Of a stretch of DNA of 41,027 bases, positions 1 to 8,124 are shown piece after piece. The notes under the pieces are model-generated. The model was not told the origin of the DNA, made no database searches, and saw nothing but the letters and a program-made list of their open reading frames with translations. Numbering within the stretch: position 1 is the stretch's first letter; each line of letters begins with the position of its first letter. A program made the position numbers and the translations under genes. The stretch spans positions 1-41,027 of the IMG/VR virus record IMGVR_UViG_3300017548_000196. One strand, given 5' to 3'. Source of the DNA: a virus. Taxonomy: Duplodnaviria > Caudoviricetes.

Positions 1-342
1 ATGAAACCACTTATGTTAATCTCCATTCTCTTCGCGCTCGCAGCATGCAGCAAAGAAGAGCTGCAGCCCGAGCCACAAAAGCTCACTTACCGAATCACTG
101 CCGGCGTCGCATCCGAAGTCGTCATTTACCTGCACCGCACCGATATGGTAGTCCGCGACACCATCTACGGCCAGGTACTTTATTATGATGAAGCGCGCCC
201 GGGCGATATCCTTCGATTCCAGCTTCAATCCCTGGCGTCACCACACGTGTCGGTTAACATCGAGTACGGAGGCACTCATCTTTTACACCAGCAAGGCGGT
301 CCAGACGGCTTTATCCAAATCGATGGGAGGCTACCACGATGA
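1..342 (+). CDS. Putative lipoprotein
   Basis: Signal peptide MKPLMLISILFALAA followed by Cys (lipobox LAAC). Confidence 0.7.
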   Translation: MKPLMLISILFALAACSKEELQPEPQKLTYRITAGVASEVVIYLHRTDMVVRDTIYGQVLYYDEARPGDILRFQLQSLASPHVSVNIEYGGTHLLHQQGGPDGFIQIDGRLPR

Positions 343-635
343 AGCGCTCGGACCTCAAGCAAGGGACATTATTCCGATTAAAAAGACCGACGTCTATCTA
401 CTACGAAATAATGCGCAACCCAGCTGGGCTATATGTTTCTTCTTTAGTAGACGCTGAGCGCGAGAATCCCTTCGAAGGGTGTCTCAAAGAACTCGAAGGC
501 TACATCAATGAATCTCGCTTCGAAGGCTACCTCAAAGAAACCGACAGCAACAAAGGGTTCACACTTACGCGACACATACTTGGCAGGCAAGTCGGCGCCT
601 TCTTCCCCTTCAACAAATTCGAAGTAATCAAATAA
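339..635 (+). CDS. Hypothetical phage protein
   Basis: 98-aa ORF, ATGA overlap with upstream gene. Confidence 0.7.
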   Translation: MKRSDLKQGTLFRLKRPTSIYYEIMRNPAGLYVSSLVDAERENPFEGCLKELEGYINESRFEGYLKETDSNKGFTLTRHILGRQVGAFFPFNKFEVIK

Positions 636-640
636 TCATC

Positions 641-961
641 ATGGCAAAATCAGAAAACATCAACGTTATCATTCAAGACGTTCAACCCACAGAAACCCTG
701 CGCGACGGCCTCCAGCGGCAAACCATCATTCTGTTAGAACCGGGCTACGTCGACGACTTCGGCGAAAAGAAAGGTCGCGATAACCAATGGAAAGAGAGCA
801 TCTATGCGGACCGCATCCAAAAGTTCGGCATCACCACCGCTCACATCAATCGCAAAGCGAAAGTCCGGCTGGCGTTCACCTCCACCGAATCCATCATCAA
901 TGGCGGTATTCGTAAGTACGAAGTATCCGCCCGGTTGAACGATATCGATTTAATTCAATGA
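641..961 (+). CDS. Hypothetical protein, possible OB-fold/SSB-like (DUF3127-like)
   Basis: 106 aa, beta-rich pattern reminiscent of small Bacteroidota phage SSB-like proteins; family call tentative. Confidence 0.45.
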   Translation: MAKSENINVIIQDVQPTETLRDGLQRQTIILLEPGYVDDFGEKKGRDNQWKESIYADRIQKFGITTAHINRKAKVRLAFTSTESIINGGIRKYEVSARLNDIDLIQ

Positions 962-1533
962 GAGCCTTCACACCACCTACACCGCCAGTATTTCCGCCCG
1001 ATCGGAAGGAAAGGCACTTTGCAGACGATCCGGTCACCGGCGAAAGCTACTTCCATTTGCAGCCGGTCGAAAAAGTATCGCTATGGATACTTGTAGCCAT
1101 TCTATACATCGCCCATGCCTTCATCATCGGCATGCTGGCCATCCTTATTTACGAACAAAAAACCACCAACATGGACACAACACAAAAGACCGTATACATT
1201 TCCGGTCCCATCACGAAAATCCCACATGGCAACGTAACCACGTTTGCCGCCGTTACGCGGGCCGTGCGCAATCTCGGACACATCGCCCGCAACCCGCACG
1301 AGTTTTGTCACGATATACCCAAAGACGCCCCGTGGGAAACGTTTATCCGCCGCGGCATCCAACAACTCATGGACTGTACCGATATCGTTATGCTTCCCGG
1401 ATGGGAAAGCTCAGACGGAGCCGTGCTGGAGCAGATGACCGCCCAGTATGTCGGCATCACCTTACACAATAGCTTCGAAGAGTTCCGCTTGTCTACCATC
1501 AACGAAGAAATAAACGACATCGTCAATGGATAG
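958..1533 (+). CDS. DUF4406-like (nucleoside deoxyribosyltransferase-like fold) protein; alternative start at 1171
   Basis: VYISGPIT...NP...W...LMDCTDIVMLPGWESSDGAVLE pattern; N-terminal 71 aa carry a hydrophobic helix. Confidence 0.75.
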   Translation: MRAFTPPTPPVFPPDRKERHFADDPVTGESYFHLQPVEKVSLWILVAILYIAHAFIIGMLAILIYEQKTTNMDTTQKTVYISGPITKIPHGNVTTFAAVTRAVRNLGHIARNPHEFCHDIPKDAPWETFIRRGIQQLMDCTDIVMLPGWESSDGAVLEQMTAQYVGITLHNSFEEFRLSTINEEINDIVNG

Positions 1534-1642
1534 CGCCACACAATCCGTGGCTGTCGACTGGATACTGGGCAACGTTATCGGTATCCTGGTCGTCGCCGCC
1601 GCACTCATTTTCATTAAGCCACGTAAAATCAAAAACAAATAA
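1526..1642 (+). CDS. Small single-TM protein (38 aa, absent from ORF track)
   Basis: MDSATQSVAVDWILGNVIGILVVAAALIFIKPRKIKNK*; fills the gap, stops 2 nt before the DGR target ATG. Confidence 0.6.
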   Translation: MDSATQSVAVDWILGNVIGILVVAAALIFIKPRKIKNK

Positions 1643-1644
1643 TC

Positions 1645-2118
1645 ATGGATGAATTAAAAGTAACACGAGAAAACGCATTGGCTGCACACGCCGAAGCAAA
1701 TCAAAAGGGGAAAGCCCTGCTCGAAAACCTGTTTGGAAAGAAAGTCTTCCAACGCGAAGTGACCGAACGGATTAAAACATTCGACGATGTACTCGACGAA
1801 CTGGGCATATCAGCGGTCGAATTTGCTGCCGCAACCAAAGGTCTATCTCATGACGAAATCGCCTACCGGCAGATAAAACTAATCGTCCAGGCACTCAATG
1901 AAGGCTGGCAACCCGACTGGACCGATAGCGACCGGTACAAGTATTACCCCTGGTTCGACCTCTCATCCGGCCGCGGGCTGTCGTACAACGCTTGCGCTTA
2001 CGGTTATGCGCGCTCGGGTGTCGGCTCCCGCCTTTGCTTCAAAAGCCGTGAGCTGGCCGAGTACGCCGGAACCCAGTTCAAAGACCTTTACGAAGACTAT
2101 TTCCTCATAAGGCCTTAA
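1645..2118 (+). CDS. DGR target (variable) protein, 157 aa
   Basis: Contains VR encoding SGRGLSYNACAYGYARSGVGSRLC. Confidence 0.93.
   Translation: MDELKVTRENALAAHAEANQKGKALLENLFGKKVFQREVTERIKTFDDVLDELGISAVEFAAATKGLSHDEIAYRQIKLIVQALNEGWQPDWTDSDRYKYYPWFDLSSGRGLSYNACAYGYARSGVGSRLCFKSRELAEYAGTQFKDLYEDYFLIRP
1966..2037 (+). repeat. DGR variable repeat (VR)
   Basis: 72-nt ungapped match to 2161-2232; 15 mismatches, all opposite TR adenines. Confidence 0.95.
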
Positions 2119-2334
2119 CACAGCAGGTGGTGCGCCGCCATGGTTGCCGTTCCGTTCGTGTCCAGCCGCAGGCTGTCGTACAACGATTACGATAACGATT
2201 ATACGAACTCGAATGTCAGCTCCCGACTATGCTCACTTCGCGGCGCAGACCTTGCCAGCACGGCAAAAAACAACAGTTTAAACGGGTGCCAGTATCCCAT
2301 TTTGGTAGAGACCGCTCCCAATTAAAGCAAAGGC
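2119..2334 (+). ncRNA. Putative structured DGR template RNA (TR plus flanks)
   Basis: TGCGCCGC 2131-2138 complementary to GCGGCGCA 2240-2247; hairpin TTGCC-AGCAC-GGCAA 2252-2266; exact RNA ends unknown. Confidence 0.65.
2161..2232 (+). repeat. DGR template repeat (TR)
   Basis: tcc agc cgc agg ctg tcg tac aac gat tac gat aac gat tat acg aac tcg aat gtc agc tcc cga cta tgc; rich in AAC/GAT/TAC codons; intergenic, upstream of RT. Confidence 0.95.
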
Positions 2335-3453
2335 ATGAAACGATTAAATAACCTGTACGAAAAAATCACCAGCATCCACAACCTGGAGCTCGCAGACGAT
2401 ATCGCTTGCAAGGGCAAAGCCAACCAATACGGCGTCATCAAACACCGCCAAAACCGCGACATGAATCTGCTCGCCCTCCAAAACATGCTGCTCAATAAGA
2501 CCTACCGCACGTCGCCATACACCACCTTCAAAGTGTATGAGCCCAAAGAGCGCGAAGTCTTCCGACTGCCGTACTTCCCAGATCGCATCTGCCACCACGC
2601 CATTATGAATGTGCTTGAGCCGATCTGGGTCAAAACATTCACGGCCGACACATACAGCTGCATCAAAGGCCGCGGCATCCACAAAGCCAAAGCCAACCTC
2701 AAGCAGTACTTAAAAGATGTGCCTGGCACAACGTATTGCCTCAAGCTCGATATCACCAAGTTTTACCCATCAGTAGACCACGATATCTTAAAAGCCATCC
2801 TACGTCGCAAAATCAAAGACCGCGACCTCCTATGGCTGCTCGATGGCATCATCGACTCCGCTTCCGGATTACCCATCGGCAACTACCTCAGCCAGTACCT
2901 GGCCAATCTTTACCTTACGTACTTCGATCACTGGCTCAAAGAGCGGCAAGGCGTCAAGTACTACCTAAGGTACGCCGACGATATGGTCATCCTGTCATCC
3001 AGCAAGAAGCAACTGCACCAGTTGCTGGCCCGTATCCGCCAGTATCTATCCACCGAGCTGAAACTATCCATCAAAGGCAACTATCAGGTATTCCCGGTCG
3101 CCGCCCGCGGCATCGACTTCGTCGGATACAGGTTCTGGCACACCCACATCCTGTTAAGGAAATCAATTAAGAAGCGCTATGCGCGGATGATGGCTCGCCG
3201 TCCCAACAGGGCATCCATTGCCGCCTATTACGGTTGGGCCAAGCACTGCAATAGCAAAAACCTAATCAGAAAGTTCAATGATCAATTTCAAAGACCTCAA
3301 TATCAAAACCGAGGGCAAGCCGTTTGCCGGTCACAAAATCCGGATGGTCGATTTGCTAAACAAAGAAATCACCGTACGCGACTACAAAATCAAACAAAGC
3401 AAATTCAAGCAAGCCGAGGGGCAAACATGCCTGCATCTATCCCTCGAAGTTGA
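2335..3453 (+). CDS. DGR reverse transcriptase
   Basis: Motifs KGRGIH, LKLDITKFYPSV, GLPIGNYLSQ and YLRYADD; adjacent TR/VR. Confidence 0.95.
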   Translation: MKRLNNLYEKITSIHNLELADDIACKGKANQYGVIKHRQNRDMNLLALQNMLLNKTYRTSPYTTFKVYEPKEREVFRLPYFPDRICHHAIMNVLEPIWVKTFTADTYSCIKGRGIHKAKANLKQYLKDVPGTTYCLKLDITKFYPSVDHDILKAILRRKIKDRDLLWLLDGIIDSASGLPIGNYLSQYLANLYLTYFDHWLKERQGVKYYLRYADDMVILSSSKKQLHQLLARIRQYLSTELKLSIKGNYQVFPVAARGIDFVGYRFWHTHILLRKSIKKRYARMMARRPNRASIAAYYGWAKHCNSKNLIRKFNDQFQRPQYQNRGQAVCRSQNPDGRFAKQRNHRTRLQNQTKQIQASRGANMPASIPRS

Positions 3454-3580
3454 TGGCCAACTACGCGTGGCATTCTGCTCCGGAGCCGTGCTAACGCAGC
3501 AGCTCGAAGCCGTCCCGCGCGATAAATTCCCCTTCCGGGCAACCATCAAAAAATTAAACGACTGGTACGAATTCACATAA
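3278..3580 (+). CDS. Putative DGR accessory protein (non-Avd), 100 aa
   Basis: Starts where the RT core ends; beta-rich, ends FPFRATIKK...YEFT; recalled as similar to small genes following Bacteroidota DGR RTs (unverified). Confidence 0.6.
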   Translation: MINFKDLNIKTEGKPFAGHKIRMVDLLNKEITVRDYKIKQSKFKQAEGQTCLHLSLEVDGQLRVAFCSGAVLTQQLEAVPRDKFPFRATIKKLNDWYEFT

Positions 3581-3601
3581 CACAATAGCCGATAAAACAA
3601 C

Positions 3602-6595
3602 ATGCAGTACATAGACGCAGACGAAATACTAAGAGCCACCAACGGGGGGCTCGACATCATCAAAGAAGTATACCCCGATGCCGCCGAAAGCGAGCACAAG
3701 AAAAACCGTAAATTCAAAATTCGGCAAGAAAAGACCCCGTCTGCATCCCTCCATTGCAAAAAAGACAGCGGCAAGGGTATGGATATCTGGCTCGTTACCG
3801 ACTTCGGTGGCGATTCCAAACCACTCAACGGCATCCTATGCTACGCCAAAGAAAACGGCCTCACCTACATCGAAGCCATCCAACACCTCGCCCAGCAGTA
3901 CGGACTCACCTGCAACGATCCGCAAGACTTACCGCGCCCCGACTACAGCGAGCGGTCAGCCACCGCAGACGAACCCGAAGGCCACAAGTTCTTCGAGCTC
4001 CGCGAAAGCTTCACCGATGCCGAGATCGAAACCCTGTTCGCCCCCAATGCCCTACGGTACGTCGGCTGGTACAGCGGCGAAGAAAAACGCAAAAAAGCCT
4101 ACAGCAAAATAAAAGCAGTCACCACCAGGTACAACCTTTATCCAGCCGTAAGCCATAGCCTCGTCAAAAACCGCAAGGTCATGACCTTCGCCAGCAACGA
4201 GCGCTATCCCATCTTCATCTTCACCGAAGACGGATTCTCCAAAATCTACCAGCCCAAAAGCAAAGACCACCGGTTCTCATACATCGGCGAACGCACCAAA
4301 GACTATATGCACGGCCTGAAAGCCGCCCAGGCTGAATACAAAAAGCGCGAAGAATCCGCTCTTGCTGACGATGCCGACTACAATGACGACGATACCGAAA
4401 CCCAGCGCCAAAAGCGCAAGGTTGAGAAAATCCCCGAAATCATTCTCGCATCCGGCGGCTCCGATGCGCTCAATCTCGCACTGCTCGACTACTGGCCCGT
4501 ATGGCTAAATTCCGAGACCGCCGAGTTCACCGAAAGCCATTGGTTTGCTCTGCTCAAAATAGCCGATAAGGTCTACCAGCTGCAAGACATCGACGCCACC
4601 GGCCGCGCCGAAGCCCACAAGAAAGCCATGCGCTATCTCGATTTACACACCATCGAGCTGCCCGCCATACTCACCACTTACAAAGACCGCGGCAAGCCCT
4701 GCAAAGACCTTCGCGACTACCTCAGGTACTGGAAAGTTAAAGACTTCCGAGACCTCGTCACCACCGCGCTGCCATACCGATTCTGGGACCGCAAGCCCCA
4801 GTACACCGGCCGCGGTTCCGACCGCATACTCACCGGCTACAACTACGAGTTCAACAACGTGCAGGCGTATAATTTCCTATCCAAAAACGGATTCTACCGT
4901 CTTGCCACCGAAGCCAGGAAAACCGGCTATATGTTTATCAAAGTAGAAGGCAACATCGTGCGCGAAACCGAAGCCAACGAGGTCAAAAACTTCGTGCATG
5001 AGTTCCTCAAAGAGCGGCTACTTGATAACGATCTGCGCAACGCTATGTACCGCACCACCCAGCTTAGTGAGTCCAGCCTGAGCAACCTACCATTCATCGA
5101 AATCGAATTCAACGATACCGATAAGCACGAGCAATACTACATTTTCCAAAACACCACCCTGCAGATTACCGGTACCGAGATCATCCAGCACCAGCCCGGG
5201 GCCATCAATCGCTACGTATGGCAGCAAGATGTCATCGAGCACTTCTACAAAGCCGTAGACCCGGCGTTTACCATCACGTACGACGAAGAGCACGACCGCT
5301 ACGACATCACCGTCAACCACTGCGAAGACCTCTTTTTCAATTACCTCATACAAACATCCCGCATCCATTGGCGCAAAGAGCTGGAGCAACAAATCATGAC
5401 CCTCAAACCCGAAGAGCGCGAAGCCTACCGGCAAGAAAACAAATACAACATCGCCGGTCCGCTGCTTACCGACGAGGAGCGTGGCGAACAAAAGAAGCAC
5501 CTGCTCAATAAGCTATTCGCCATCGGCTACCTGCTACATCGGTTCAAAGATCCCCGCCGCCCCTGGTGCATCTTCGCGATGGACAACAACATCAACGACG
5601 ATGGCGGCAGCTACGGCGGTTCCGGCAAGTCCATCCTCTTCCACAAGGCCATACCCTACGTATTGCGCAAATATTTTTACCTCGGTGGCCGCAACCCGAA
5701 GATAACGGACAACCCACACATCTACGACGGCCTTACCGAGCATCATCGTTACGTCTACATAGACGATGCTGACGAATACATCAACTTCAAATTTTTCTTC
5801 GATGCCATCACGGGCGACCTCAAGGTCAACCCGAAAAACATGCAGCCCTATGTCATCCCGTATACCAAAGTGGGCAAGTACGCCATCACGTCAAACTTCA
5901 CGCTCCGCAACCTCGATCCGTCCACCGAACGCCGGTTGTTATACACCGTGTTTTCCGACTATTACCACAATGCAGGCGAAACCACCGACTACCACGAAAG
6001 CCGCTCACCCGGCGACGACTTCGGCAAGAACCTCTTTATGGATTTTACCGATGCCGAGTGGAATCACTTCTACGTCACCATGATGCATTCGTTGCGCCTT
6101 TACCTGAGCGTGGCCAACAAAATAGACCCACCCATGGGCAACGTGTCAAAGCGCAATTTGCTTTCCGAAATGGGGCCGGATTTCGAAGAATGGGCAACCG
6201 GATATTTCGATGTTAATGGCGACAAGGTGGACCGGCCCATCGTGCGCGAAGAGGCGAAAGCCGATTTCGACCACCGGTACCGAAACCAGTGGCGCACCAA
6301 TCGCTTCACGCGCGCGCTCCGTGCCTTCTGCAAGTACCACAATTACGTGCTAAACCCCAAAGAACTCATCAACACTACCGGCGCTACACCGCGCATCGTT
6401 ATGCGCGTAGATGCCCGTAAAATGGATAGGAACGGACAATGGATTGAGTCCGGCGAGAAAGTTAGTAAGGATATGATTTACATTCAAACCAAGTTTGATG
6501 TTCCCCCCACGCTCAACATCGACCCTGCACTGGATCTTCCGGAAGACCAGCGTCCGATAAAGCCAAAAGACGAAGACGACGATTTACCCTTTTAA
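3602..6595 (+). CDS. Phage primase-helicase
   Basis: N-terminal EKTPSA...TDFG domain, TOPRIM-like SGGSDAL / DIDATG / CKDLRDY, Walker A GGSGKS, Walker B YIDD, C-terminal DDLPF. Confidence 0.85.
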   Translation: MQYIDADEILRATNGGLDIIKEVYPDAAESEHKKNRKFKIRQEKTPSASLHCKKDSGKGMDIWLVTDFGGDSKPLNGILCYAKENGLTYIEAIQHLAQQYGLTCNDPQDLPRPDYSERSATADEPEGHKFFELRESFTDAEIETLFAPNALRYVGWYSGEEKRKKAYSKIKAVTTRYNLYPAVSHSLVKNRKVMTFASNERYPIFIFTEDGFSKIYQPKSKDHRFSYIGERTKDYMHGLKAAQAEYKKREESALADDADYNDDDTETQRQKRKVEKIPEIILASGGSDALNLALLDYWPVWLNSETAEFTESHWFALLKIADKVYQLQDIDATGRAEAHKKAMRYLDLHTIELPAILTTYKDRGKPCKDLRDYLRYWKVKDFRDLVTTALPYRFWDRKPQYTGRGSDRILTGYNYEFNNVQAYNFLSKNGFYRLATEARKTGYMFIKVEGNIVRETEANEVKNFVHEFLKERLLDNDLRNAMYRTTQLSESSLSNLPFIEIEFNDTDKHEQYYIFQNTTLQITGTEIIQHQPGAINRYVWQQDVIEHFYKAVDPAFTITYDEEHDRYDITVNHCEDLFFNYLIQTSRIHWRKELEQQIMTLKPEEREAYRQENKYNIAGPLLTDEERGEQKKHLLNKLFAIGYLLHRFKDPRRPWCIFAMDNNINDDGGSYGGSGKSILFHKAIPYVLRKYFYLGGRNPKITDNPHIYDGLTEHHRYVYIDDADEYINFKFFFDAITGDLKVNPKNMQPYVIPYTKVGKYAITSNFTLRNLDPSTERRLLYTVFSDYYHNAGETTDYHESRSPGDDFGKNLFMDFTDAEWNHFYVTMMHSLRLYLSVANKIDPPMGNVSKRNLLSEMGPDFEEWATGYFDVNGDKVDRPIVREEAKADFDHRYRNQWRTNRFTRALRAFCKYHNYVLNPKELINTTGATPRIVMRVDARKMDRNGQWIESGEKVSKDMIYIQTKFDVPPTLNIDPALDLPEDQRPIKPKDEDDDLPF

Positions 6596-6606
6596 TAACT
6601 ATTAAC

Positions 6607-6912
6607 ATGGAACCAATTACAGATTACAGACCGCCCTTTTACCTAGGCGAAAAATTCATCGACGGTAAAAGCCGCACGTTCGAAATTATCGAAACCCACT
6701 GGGGCCTTCCCGGTCAAGACGACAACAAAACGATCGGCAGCACAATCGAGATGTCCAACGGCCACAAAATCAATATTCATGGCTCGCCCGATAAGTCCGT
6801 GCTGAAAAAGGTCGGGTTTAAACAGCTCGATAACCCAACCGCCCACGTCAACACGCACCCAGTGGAGACCATGCAGGAACTGATTCAGGAACGGAAAATC
6901 GTAATGATATGA
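6607..6912 (+). CDS. Hypothetical phage protein
   Basis: 101-aa ORF in operon. Confidence 0.65.
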   Translation: MEPITDYRPPFYLGEKFIDGKSRTFEIIETHWGLPGQDDNKTIGSTIEMSNGHKINIHGSPDKSVLKKVGFKQLDNPTAHVNTHPVETMQELIQERKIVMI

Positions 6913-7229
6913 AAAAGCAGTCGTCGAATTTCGGTGAGGGGTTGGATTGGAATGTTTTTGTGGGGCCAAAACTCTATGAGAAAATTGAAACTGCCTTCGA
7001 AACCGAATGGGAGAAAGTTGACCGTATAAATGCTCAACGCCGCAAGTATCACCAGCGCCGTTACCGGCTCCATCGCATGGCCCGTCGGTACGGCATCAAG
7101 GTAAATGCCGAAATCCGCGAGCTGGATATCGCGCCCTATCGGACCCCTCAAGATTTCCCGGTCCCTGGTAGGTATTACCTCAACCAACTGCTTAAACTAG
7201 GCTACAACATCCAACTGAAACTATTATGA
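6909..7229 (+). CDS. Hypothetical basic protein
   Basis: 106-aa ORF with ATGA overlaps at both ends. Confidence 0.7.
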   Translation: MKKQSSNFGEGLDWNVFVGPKLYEKIETAFETEWEKVDRINAQRRKYHQRRYRLHRMARRYGIKVNAEIRELDIAPYRTPQDFPVPGRYYLNQLLKLGYNIQLKLL

Positions 7230-8107
7230 AATTAAGGAGCAATGGAAAGCCTACGCGGATAGCGTGGCCCCGGGAGGTAAAGCGCTTCATTAGGGAGTAT
7301 AAAGGAAAACTACACAATACGGAATTGCTCAAGCAGGTATCCGTGATGATGGGGCGAGAAATAAACATGTCCACCTTTCGCCACCAATTGGAGCGGATGG
7401 GGTATCGACCGAATAAGTTGGTGCATTGGACGCCAGGCCAAACGCAATTTCTCCTGGACAACTACCAAACGATGGGCAACCTCGAACTGGCGGACAAATT
7501 AAACGCGCTTAAGTTGTCGAAGCGAAAGTTTGTCAAGAAGCACATCGAAAAGAAGATGGTTTTACTCGGCCTGGAAAGAACCTCCGAAGAGCTCCGTGCA
7601 ATCGTCGAAAGCCACAAGAAGCGCCATCGTTACCCCGGGCGTGTAAAAGCGCATCCTGAGGGCGCAATCCGGATATGGTCGGTCAACGGTACGCCATTCG
7701 AGCATATAAAGATTAACGGTACGTTCACCAAATATGCGAGGCATGTATACGAGCAGCACCACGGCCCGATACCCAAGGGGCACATGATCGTGTTTAAGGA
7801 CTGCAATACGCTCAACACCGATATCAGAAACCTCCTAGTAATTCCCCGCAAGGGAATGGGCAAAGAATACCATCGCAAGATTAAACGGATCGCCAACCAA
7901 AACTGGAATCGGCTTACATTACTCAAAACGAAAATGGAGCCGACCGTTTCGCGGCCTGCGCTTCGCCCCCAAAGCCACAAAATAAAAGTCACCATAAAGC
8001 CGGGTTTAGACATTTATGTGAAGCCGGGCACCGATCTCAATGAAATTTATCGCAAGTACGACGTCCCGCTGAAAGAGCAGATCAGGGCGATCGATAACAG
8101 AATATAG
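7226..8107 (+). CDS. HNH-family (HNH_3-like) protein
   Basis: RHVYEQHHGPIPKGHMIVFKDCNTLNTDIRNL pattern; usual catalytic His positions look degenerate. Confidence 0.75.
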   Translation: MKLRSNGKPTRIAWPREVKRFIREYKGKLHNTELLKQVSVMMGREINMSTFRHQLERMGYRPNKLVHWTPGQTQFLLDNYQTMGNLELADKLNALKLSKRKFVKKHIEKKMVLLGLERTSEELRAIVESHKKRHRYPGRVKAHPEGAIRIWSVNGTPFEHIKINGTFTKYARHVYEQHHGPIPKGHMIVFKDCNTLNTDIRNLLVIPRKGMGKEYHRKIKRIANQNWNRLTLLKTKMEPTVSRPALRPQSHKIKVTIKPGLDIYVKPGTDLNEIYRKYDVPLKEQIRAIDNRI

Positions 8108-8124
8108 ACATATAGCAGGCTACA

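Larger units (their letters stand above)
1645..3580 (+). mobile_element. Diversity-generating retroelement cassette (target/VR - TR - RT - putative accessory gene)
   Basis: VR/TR pair with adenine-only mismatches adjacent to a DGR-type RT. Confidence 0.95.

Noticed and set aside
2038-2118. BPP-1-type GC tract and IMH hairpin downstream of VR
   Set aside because: Only weak 3-bp stems seen; cannot support a cruciform call
2140-2325. 61-aa ORF between target and RT
   Set aside because: It is the in-frame translation of the stop-free TR and flanks; better explained as template RNA
2335-3453. RT as group II intron, retron or Abi RT
   Set aside because: No maturase/endonuclease domain or intron ends recognised, no retron VTG motif; the adenine-specific TR/VR pair identifies a DGR
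3382-6342. Numerous alternative-frame and antisense ORFs inside the primase (and similarly inside capsid, terL and tape measure)
   Set aside because: Shadow ORFs expected from C-rich codon bias; no motifs or initiation context
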